Below are positions 9,565-19,000 of a DNA stretch of 54,312 bases, piece by piece. The number at the start of each line of letters is the position of its first letter. Position 1 is the first letter of the stretch. Below the pieces are notes generated by a model. It saw only the letters and a program-made list of their open reading frames with translations, ran no database searches and was not told where the DNA came from. Where the stretch lies: positions 1 to 54,312 of the IMG/VR virus record IMGVR_UViG_3300020474_000020; one strand, 5' to 3'. The translations under genes were made by a program, and so were the position numbers. Source of the stretch: a virus. Lineage: Duplodnaviria > Caudoviricetes.

Positions 9565-10575
9565 TTAGGTAAAGTTTTGAACAGTAATTGAAGCCTCCGG
9601 TATTACGCCACTTTGAAGTCCATACACAACTATGTCATTTCTTCTTGAATTAACAAATTCACCATTATCATTTCTAACAGCCAAGGTGAAGAAATCATCT
9701 TCTCTTACAACTATTGCTGGAGTAACTAAGTCCATACTCTGTGGTCCAGAGTTAGAAGTTGTGCCATTGCTGTGAGCAATAACTGCATAATTTGTATTAC
9801 CAGCACCTAAAAGGCCATCTTTGAAAAAGATTTTGTAGGTTCCAGCACCACTAGCATGAATAGCAGAGATGTTGTAAGAACTTGTTACGGCAATACCACT
9901 AAGCCCACTATCACTTAAAGAACCGTTAAGATATGCAGATCCATTAAAACTAACCCAAGCTAACGCATTTGTTTTAGCAGTATGGTATTCTGAATTGTCA
10001 TAATCAAACTTAAACTTAGTATAAGTATCTTCCATTCCACCGTGATTACCGCTACCAACGTGAATAACTTCTCCATACTTTGCAGTATCTGGATTGGTCA
10101 TAGAAAAATGCAATCCGTGATTGTCAGTCTCTAAAACTGTTGCTTCTCCACTATGGTTAATCCAGTTTTCAGTTACTCCACCTAAACCAAAATTACCAGT
10201 CATCATTCTTATTCCACTAACAGTAATATACTGAGTGTGTTTATCTCCCGTGTTTAAGTCAGCCAAGGTATCGTGACTAACATTACCACTGCCGGGATAT
10301 GGCTCCCATTGATATTTTTCTTCTGTAGATAAATGTGAAGTATTGTCAGTGTCAAAAAACAAACCACTGCCAACATCTATAATATTTTTAAATTTAACTA
10401 TTCCATTATCAAATGGATAAGTTGAAAAATCACCGCTAGCAGCAATTGGAACAATAGAGTCAATTATATCGACCATATTATGTCTAATGTCTAGTGCAGA
10501 AATAGCACCAGCATTGTTATCAGCTAGCTCTGAATTTATGGTACTTTTAAGATCTGTACTATTTTTTACTGACAT
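9565..10575 (-). CDS. Virion structural/fibre protein (336 aa)
   Basis: N-terminus shared with 34614..37811 (DIRHNMVDIIDS); DKHTQY motif; C-terminal AWVSFNG...SYNISAI...GTYKIFF fibre-tip-like domain. Confidence 0.65.
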   Translation of the reverse strand: MSVKNSTDLKSTINSELADNNAGAISALDIRHNMVDIIDSIVPIAASGDFSTYPFDNGIVKFKNIIDVGSGLFFDTDNTSHLSTEEKYQWEPYPGSGNVSHDTLADLNTGDKHTQYITVSGIRMMTGNFGLGGVTENWINHSGEATVLETDNHGLHFSMTNPDTAKYGEVIHVGSGNHGGMEDTYTKFKFDYDNSEYHTAKTNALAWVSFNGSAYLNGSLSDSGLSGIAVTSSYNISAIHASGAGTYKIFFKDGLLGAGNTNYAVIAHSNGTTSNSGPQSMDLVTPAIVVREDDFFTLAVRNDNGEFVNSRRNDIVVYGLQSGVIPEASITVQNFT

Positions 10576-10589
10576 TTTTGTAATCTCCT

Positions 10590-11108
10590 TTAATATCTAA
10601 AATATCCACCTCGATGGTCATAATCACTGTGAGTCCTAGAAACAAAATCACTACCGGGACTGTAAGGACCGAGAATAGCTTGACCAGCCAAGCTTCCTCC
10701 AGCAACATAATCGTAAACTAACTGATCGTATTTTTCACATAAGTCTTTATATAACATTGTAAGCGTAGTTGCTACACCTCTTAGGTCTATTGCAGATGGT
10801 CCATCTTTTATAGAAATTGCATTAGAAGCTTCTGTTCTCACCTCGCTACCAATTATAACACACGCGGTTTTAAGTGTTGTTAAATTTATGAACACATTAT
10901 CTTTAGGATCATCTGTAGGGTCTGGAGAAAGCGAACATTGTTCTACGTTCACCACATAATCATTAGCTAAATCCAAGTCTTCTGTCACCAACTGAGCAGC
11001 AACTAAAATAGTTGTCTCTAAACGCTTTACGGAATATTTGTAATTGGAAGGATCTACATCATTAACGATGTGTCTAACCATTGTTGAAATTTGGCCTTGC
11101 CACGACAT
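10590..11108 (-). CDS. Putative head-tail connector/adaptor protein (172 aa)
   Basis: VRHIVND...YSVKRL..helical adaptor-like N-terminus and ISIKDGPSAIDLR hairpin; first gene of joining block. Confidence 0.55.
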   Translation of the reverse strand: MSWQGQISTMVRHIVNDVDPSNYKYSVKRLETTILVAAQLVTEDLDLANDYVVNVEQCSLSPDPTDDPKDNVFINLTTLKTACVIIGSEVRTEASNAISIKDGPSAIDLRGVATTLTMLYKDLCEKYDQLVYDYVAGGSLAGQAILGPYSPGSDFVSRTHSDYDHRGGYFRY

Positions 11109-11116
11109 ATTTGCAC

Positions 11117-11422
11117 CTATAAGTTACAGTGGGTTTTAAAATCATATATATCAGTATAGTATGTTCCACTTGGCAAAGCTATCTTTGCTTGAAGTTTGTA
11201 ATGTCCTGCCTCATCTAAATCGCCTGCTATTGTATCGTAATGAAATTTACCATCAGTGCCATCGCCTAAAAGAATGCCACTACGTGTAATAACTTCGTCG
11301 TCTGGTCTTTTAATATAAATAGTAATGCTGGAATTGTTAGAAATATCTACGCCGCTGCCCGTCTCCTGAACGGTCATCGAAAATCTAGTGCCAACATTAT
11401 CTACATGTATTTCGCTAGCCAT
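11117..11422 (-). CDS. BppU N-terminal-like small structural protein (101 aa)
   Basis: VDIS....IYIKRPD...DGKFHY....DLDEAGHYKLQAKI pattern typical of BppU_N-like domains. Confidence 0.6.
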   Translation of the reverse strand: MASEIHVDNVGTRFSMTVQETGSGVDISNNSSITIYIKRPDDEVITRSGILLGDGTDGKFHYDTIAGDLDEAGHYKLQAKIALPSGTYYTDIYDFKTHCNL

Positions 11423-11485
11423 ATTTTTACCTTAGTAAAGTAATATCTTTTGTTCTAACTATATTTAAAATAACATTAACTGTTT

Positions 11486-11656
11486 TCATAATATTGCTGG
11501 ATTTTGTCTTTTTAGTTCTAGGATAATATCTTGTGTTTTAATAATATTAAGTGTGTGTGTTTTTGTACTTTTTAATGAAATATTTAAGGGGATTATACCG
11601 CCGTTAAAAAAATCCATCAAACCAGTTGAAAATGGAAATTGACTAAAAATAAACAT
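11486..11656 (-). CDS. Small hypothetical protein (56 aa, MFIFSQFPFSTG...), possibly split/frameshifted with 11427..11489
   Basis: Not in ORF track; ATG overlaps upstream TAA (TAATG); fills an otherwise empty 230-bp gap. Confidence 0.5.
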   Translation of the reverse strand: MFIFSQFPFSTGLMDFFNGGIIPLNISLKSTKTHTLNIIKTQDIILELKRQNPAIL

Positions 11657-11901
11657 TATACTTGCGGGTCCGTAATTACTGGGTTTGTTACTTGGTTCTC
11701 CAAAGTTTGTTTTAATAGGTCTAATTCATACTTTCTAACATTTTCGGATAAATATTCTCTTACAATCCTGTTGGCAAATACTGATTTGCTTTCTGGGTTG
11801 TCTAAACCATCCACCGTATCTGGCCTGTTGTAATTTACACATATAGCCTCAATTACCCGCTCGACATCCTGATCCGCTATCTCGACTGAAAATGTAGCCA
11901 T
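11656..11901 (-). CDS. Hypothetical protein (81 aa)
   Basis: AGGTG RBS and GTGTAT motif upstream; possible fibre assembly factor. Confidence 0.65.
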   Translation of the reverse strand: MATFSVEIADQDVERVIEAICVNYNRPDTVDGLDNPESKSVFANRIVREYLSENVRKYELDLLKQTLENQVTNPVITDPQV

Positions 11902-11930
11902 AATTCACCTATATTCCTAGTTATCTAACA

Positions 11931-11940
11931 TAATATACAC
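11931..11940 (-). promoter_or_regulatory. Putative late promoter (GTGTATATTA)
   Basis: Motif in the 42-bp gap, ~30-39 nt upstream of ATG 11901. Confidence 0.55.
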
Positions 11941-11943
11941 CAT

Positions 11944-13014
11944 TTAGTACAACTCATGTATAGACCCATTTTTGTCTTTAAATACCAATTTGTCATTATC
12001 TGAGCTGTAAAACAGGGATTTATTGGGAGCAGCCACATTTGCTACTTGCGTATCAAAAACCAACGACCCAGCTTTATCAACAGATAATAATGTATTTCCA
12101 GTACTATTCTTAAATTCTTGTAAATTAGAGGATTGGCCTAAAGCTGAATTTATCGTCAAAGGGACTTCTGTTGAAGAACTGTTATTTATGCTTACACCAT
12201 TGCTTTTAGCAACATATAATAAATTTGCACCCCTGTGCGTTATGAAGAAACCGTTCGTATAATTCATAATATAAAAATTATCTGTGTCTACCACATTGCC
12301 AATACTATCAATATCGCCATAAACATATCCGTTTGTGGGCGCATCTGCAAAAGCTGTACTATATGGTTTTAGTCCTAATTTCCAAGTTGGATCTGACTCG
12401 TCTGTTATGTGTAGTGCTACAATGTCATTATTGCTATTGTCAATATAAGCGTGGAATAAAGATCCTGCGGAACTTGAATAAAACTGAGCATCCTTTATAG
12501 AACCGCTTACGGCAAGGTTGCCATCAATATACAGAGTGCTATCTGAAGAGTCCCAAATAAAAGTGTCGTCTCCACCTATGGTATTCTCATCGCTCCAATA
12601 CGCAACATTACCAGTATTTCCAGAACCAATAAACGCTCTGGTTTGCACTAAACCATCTGGATAAGCTATACCGCTATATCTAGGAAGCAATCCAGAAACA
12701 TTACCATCGGGATTAACAAAAACAGAGTGGGTAGCAGGATATGTGCAAAAAACTGTAGAAACACCATCCAGATTAATTTTATTACCACTAGGATCTGTAC
12801 TAGTAAATATTAAATCTCTTGATAAAACGCCGTCATTAAAAGTCCCTAATCCAATTTCAAATCTTACATTATTTTCTATAGCGTAGAATGTTTCATTGCC
12901 ATTGCCGACACCACTAGCAAAAGATTGGAAGCCACCATAAGTATCATGTATGGTAACACTTCCAGAACCCTCTGTTAGTGATGTTTCTCGTACTCTGTCT
13001 GATAAATTAAACAT
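11944..13014 (-). CDS. Fibre-like virion structural protein (356 aa)
   Basis: DRVRET...GFQSF...FYAI...FEIGLGT...VFCTYPA N-terminal anchor homologous to the N-terminus of 6902..9550. Confidence 0.7.
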   Translation of the reverse strand: MFNLSDRVRETSLTEGSGSVTIHDTYGGFQSFASGVGNGNETFYAIENNVRFEIGLGTFNDGVLSRDLIFTSTDPSGNKINLDGVSTVFCTYPATHSVFVNPDGNVSGLLPRYSGIAYPDGLVQTRAFIGSGNTGNVAYWSDENTIGGDDTFIWDSSDSTLYIDGNLAVSGSIKDAQFYSSSAGSLFHAYIDNSNNDIVALHITDESDPTWKLGLKPYSTAFADAPTNGYVYGDIDSIGNVVDTDNFYIMNYTNGFFITHRGANLLYVAKSNGVSINNSSSTEVPLTINSALGQSSNLQEFKNSTGNTLLSVDKAGSLVFDTQVANVAAPNKSLFYSSDNDKLVFKDKNGSIHELY

Positions 13015-13023
13015 AATAATCCA

Positions 13024-16000
13024 TTAAGTAGGTGGTGTATGTCCTATATTTTCATTTTCTAAGAAATTAATATAACCTCTTCTCATATCTTCCTTAACAT
13101 TTTTGTTTCCATCTTTGTAGAAGGTTTGTGATTCATAATAATTATTATGCCAATTATCTTCAGTCATTGCATAAGCAACTAAATCGCCGGAAGCTGTAAG
13201 ACTTATGTTGTTACATCTATTTCCTGTAAAAAATCTGATTTGACTATCCCAAGAACTAGCACTCTGTCCACTAGTCCATACGGAAATTATATAATGTCTT
13301 CGTTGATAGCCAAACCTTGCAGTAGTATTTGCCTCATAAGAATTCCTGATACTTCTTTCTGGACTTGCAATTGTCTCATCCCACTTATAGCCCCAAAGAC
13401 CTGCTATGACTGTGCCATCTTTATTAATCGCGTTGTCTATTAACAATGGGCTATACCTATTATTTTCATAGTCAATTTGGTTTATAAAGTCTTGGGTGTA
13501 GCCTATGTCTCTAAGTCTATCAAATTGCCAAGGGTTTTCCATAAAGAAATAGTTACGATATGCAAATCCACCGTTTCTTCTATAAAGTCCACTTCCAACA
13601 ACTATGCTATCTCCATCACCACTAAGTTCAAATGGTAGCGGTCTCGTAGCAAGTTTATCATTGCGTTTTTCCGTATTAACATTTTCAACTTCATGAAATA
13701 TTGATGTAATAAAATGAGGGCCGGGGTCAATTCCTTCAATTGTTGTCTCAAATAAAAGTGATCTTTGTTTATCTTTTTCCTTCAAGCTATAGTTATAATG
13801 CGAATCTGGGGTTCTTCTATATGGTGTATTAAACACATCAGCACGATGGAGCATTGTACCAGTTACGGGATGATAGATAGACGAAACCGAATCAGATGTT
13901 ATATCTCTACATCTTAAATATGCAACAACGTGACCCTGATTAGATATTGAAGTTGTTTTTATATCGCTCTTATAACCAAAATTAGCTGCTAGAGGCCCGT
14001 GGTCAAATTTTGTGTAATCATTCCAAATTATGCTACCCTTAAAATCTCGTAGTTTATTACCACCATGCTGACCACGAAGATAAGCATTTGGAGGATAATG
14101 GGTACTAAGGTAATATCTAGATTCATGTTGATTATACATCGTACTACGCTGACCCATATGAAAATCTTTTTTCTCCACTAAAACGCTTGAGTTAAAATTA
14201 TATGACGTATCTCCATTAGCGCTTAGAACAGAGCCACTATTTGCAATACGATAAGTAAGCATTGTATTTGTATATCTAGCAATTATCACTGTACCATTAT
14301 CTGCTATGCTTGGATCGTAATAGTTAGGCACATTTAGTTCTTTTTCATCAAAGTAGGTATAGCGATAAGATTCAGCACCAGAAGAATATATTAATCCACT
14401 ACCTTCGGTATATGGAAGGATACCACTTAGGTAAGCAAGTCTATCTTCATCAGCGCTTTTTCTTACCATAACGGGTCTAGTCTTAGTAAGATCTACAATT
14501 TCAATTTCACTACTTCTAGTAAAAAGATTGTTTACTCTCTCGTATCTTGGAATTTTATAACTAAATATAGCTAGAGTTCCACTTGAATTTACACTAGCTT
14601 GTATATCATCTATAGGATGATAGTTTTCAGAATGGACAATATTATATTCCGATTTAACTGCACCCAACACATCATAAACTTGTCCAAGTCCATAGTAAGC
14701 GTTATATCTTGGATCTTCTGTTTTGGTAGTGAACTGGTTTCCTCCACCCACTCCTGATATTGGAGGAGGATTGTTTAGCAATGTTTTACGCCGCCCTTCA
14801 CTGAGATTTTCATAAGCCGTATCACTAATAAAATCAGAATGCTGTGAATAATTACGGCAAAGTATAGTTCCCTTACCATTGTACAAAAATGTTGCCGCTG
14901 CTCCCGTTGGCTTTCTTGGATTCACAACTGCTATATTATGACCGGAAGCGTCCATAGAAAAGTTTCTTATTAAAGAATTATAGCTATCGTTGTCTTTATC
15001 AAAAGTATAAATCGTTCCGCTTGCAGGAATATGGTACTTCAAAGGCATTGGTCTTACGGTGGTGGTCGTAGTAGTTGTGGTAGTTGTAACTACAAAATTA
15101 TCAATTGCCACTTTTACATCATAGAAATCTACACCAACAACGTCTTTAGAATTTAAGCCCTCTTGCGAAACTGCCAGTATATTACCAGAAGCATTAAGAG
15201 AAATATCCGTTCCAAAAGTTGAAGCTCTTACGTCAGTATTTAAAGCTGCGTCCGATGTTAATCCTAATGCTTTAGGATTTGGTTCTCCAAATTCAGAAGC
15301 TAAATCATAATAAGATGCTTCATGCATGTCTGCATCAGGAGAGTACAAAAGTTCAAAGCATCCATGTTGAGCAGCACCTGAAAATTCTACTTGAGTATTA
15401 TATAATTTTAGTAAATCAAAATGATTAATCATGTAAGGGCTGTTGGTATTAGGTCTTCCGGGGTTAGAAAAAGCAACAATATTACCACTATTATTTATAG
15501 AAACTTTATTGTGAATGTGACAAAACTTAACATTACGATTAAAAACTCCATTGCCATAATCGTCCAGAACATCAGCATCATAAGGACCATTATCACCATA
15601 TTGTCTTTCTTGTAAAATAATAGGATCTCTACTATCTCGTGAAAAAGTTTTGACCCATTCGTTTTGAGATTGATTGAAAGCATGTATTTCTTGAAAATGA
15701 AAAGATTGACGACTGTGATTTCTGAATGCAACAGCTATAACATTTCCCGAATCGTTCATGTCATAATCAATATTAAAATAGTCTCTAGATAGGCTAAGAT
15801 GTTCGCTTAATCGTATTGAATGTTTATCGCCACTAGTAAAGTATCGTAGCTCATTAATTGAGCCTCCAACATCTTTAGCTCCAAGCATGTCCCATCGTTT
15901 GTCTACAGCATTATACTGCCAAACGTCTATGTAAAATCCATTTTTGTATTGAAAATCTCTACCGCCATCAACAGATAAATTTGTATTAGATCCAAAAGCT

Positions 16001-19000
16001 TTTGAATTATTATAGCTAGTATTAACGCCACCTTCTTTTAGTGTCTTGCTAAAATGTATTGATCTGAGCGCAGAGTTATTTTCATATCTTAGTCCTGCTA
16101 TCACGCTACCATCTTTATTTATTCTAATATCCTCGTATGCTTCAAAAGATACATGTCCGGGTTTTCCAATTGGAACTTCCCAAGTAGTTCCACCTATAGC
16201 TCCATTGCGAACAGAGCTACCATCTCTATCTATAATTACTATATTTGAAAAACTTCCCGGTTTTTGATGAGGGTATTGACCTGATAGTGGATACAATTGT
16301 CTAGCGTTTCCAAACCCAAACGCAAAACCTTCAATGTTTGGTGCATGTTTTATAAATTCATCAGGACTTTGAATTATAGCAAGGACTTTACCATCTTTCG
16401 ATATGGCAAACTTTTTAATTTTTGTGACAACATTTATTGGTCCCGCTTTGCTCGGACTATTATATAAATAACCAAAATCCATCTGAAGGTCAGAAAAACC
16501 ACTCCAGAAATGTTGAGTTTGCATAAGAAAATTTTTATTTGGTCCATCGCTTGGCTGATAATATAAATTTCTACCACTAGAATCAATATCAAAATCAGCA
16601 ACTTCATATCTAGCAGAATCAGGATATGAACCCCCAAACATAAGATGTGCTTTCTCAGATATGGGTATGCCAAGAGTTGGATTTGAAGCATCATAACTTT
16701 CAAGGCTATTTACAGGTTTTTCACTATAAAATCCATACTGGCGATTACCTCCACCAGCATCTTGATATTGCTGATGACTGAAGGACAAAGATCCTCTATT
16801 GGCAATCTGTCCAGCTTTTAATGTTCCAAGGTCTCCTAAGCCTGTACGGAAATCTATATACTTGTTTTTAAATATTAATAAATTACCACTATCATTTAAC
16901 TCAATTTGACTAAATCTAGGGCCAGAGTCAATCACTAAAGAACTATTTACTCTATACTTTCTTTCAAGACGGAATCTATCAAAATGAAACCTTGGTTCTC
17001 CCGGCGGCAAAGTTGTTGTAGTAGTAGTCGTGGTAGTCGTAGTAGTACCGTAAGTTATATCGCCGTCTGAAGATACAGTTTCAGAAAGATTAGAACTAGC
17101 ACAGCTTTCTGTAGGATAAATTAGTACTGAACGAGGAGTAATATCATATGTTTTTCCTTCAAAGCTCATCAGCCTTTGCATAGTAACCATTTCTATAGGT
17201 GGATTATCGTTATTATCAAAATACTTAGGAGTTATTTCTAATATTAATGATCCACTATAATAATCTTTAGCATATACTTGTCCCGTTTTCTTATTGACAT
17301 ATGAATGTGATAATGTTGATCTAACAGGCCCATCCGTTGAACCTCTATATTTAGATCTTAATACTGTTTCGTTAAAAGTTTCTCCTTCTATAGTTTTTAT
17401 AGTAACACCTTCTATGTCGTCTACTAAAAACGTAATAGGATGTGTATAAGGTATGTTAATGAATTTGTGAATTCCTACACCAATCGCAAATGATCTGCTA
17501 GGCATAGTATGGGCTATTTTGCCAAGGCGATTACTTGATGGCTGGGTGTATGTTCTTTCAATATTGTACATGCCGTCTGTAGTCAAAACATCAGTGCCAA
17601 TATATGGCTTGGTTCCAGCAAAAGAAAAATATGGCCTATATTTAAAATTATCTTCATCAATACCAGTAAGAGAATCTGGATCTGATGTGTCAACACGAAG
17701 CTCTACGCTTATGCAATTAGGAAGGCCAGTTAATGTATAAACTGTAGTAAATGGCGGCTGTTTCTCGGGATCATGTAGAGTTTGACCATTATAGTTAAAG
17801 AATGGTTGGTTCCAAGTAGTTGCTCTTATTTTTCCTTCACTATCTCTATACATATATGCTTGTCTCGCTTTGGATTTTAAAAACCCTAGCGTACCTGTCT
17901 TAAAGGATTCTATAGCTTGTATAGAAAGTGGATAATCAATTCTTAGCTCATTTGCATAAGTATAAACTTGAGTAGAGCTGTGAACAAAGCCTCGATTATC
18001 TCTTACGTAGTGACGCTTGCCTTTTTCTGGGTAGCCAGTGTCCCAGTGAGGAATACATGTTAATTCTTGATTTGGATTATTCACGCTTAATCCATCAAAT
18101 GGCTGCTCTTGCACAAGAAAGTCTAGATTTTCTTGAGCATTATAATCATAGTCACTAGACAAAGGGTTTAAAGGAGTATTTAGTGGAATATTATTTTGTA
18201 CTAATGAAGGTCTAAAAAGTCCTCCCTCATTAGCAGAATTATATTCTTTAACATCCCTTTCTGCGGAACTATTTTTGTATAGAAGAAATTTATTTGGCGC
18301 AGGTCTATACCCAACAGAGGGATTGGTCAGACAAGCTATAAATTCACCGTCCTTACTTAAACCAAATTTAGTATTTTCAAAACCTCTCATGCCTATAGGA
18401 TTTGAAGCTTGTTGCAACTTTTCTCGATTTGTATGTAAATCATTAAAATAAGAAATTTGATATTGACTTTTTTCTCCAGTGGGATCTATGTCAAAAGAAA
18501 TACGAACTTTATTATCTACCTCTTGTGTAGAAACTCTATCTATTATTTTTAAATATCCCTCTCTATAATTTGCTAATCTTGTTCTATCTGAAGTGTTATA
18601 ATTTCCAATTGATTGTTGAGCTATTAACAGCTTAGTTCCATCGTCATTAAATTCAACATGTGGAACCATGTTGTATACTAATGGATCTAATCGTTTTGGT
18701 ATTTGCTGCCCAGCTGGTAGTGTTTCATCTTTTTGTGCATTACCTCCACCGCCAGTGGCAGGAGTAGAATAAGTTGAGTAAGTACTGAGACGCTTTAATG
18801 CTTTACTATTGTCACTGGTGTGAAAAATATCATATGTCTTTTTTTCCCTGTAAACAGATCGGATAATAACCTTGTATGTAAAATTACCAAATTCTGTCAC
18901 ATTCCTTTTTAGCCTAGAGTCGTATGTTAGATATGAATAACGTATATTTTCATAATAATTGTTATTAGTTCTTTCTTCTTTTCTGTCTCCTAGAGTTACT

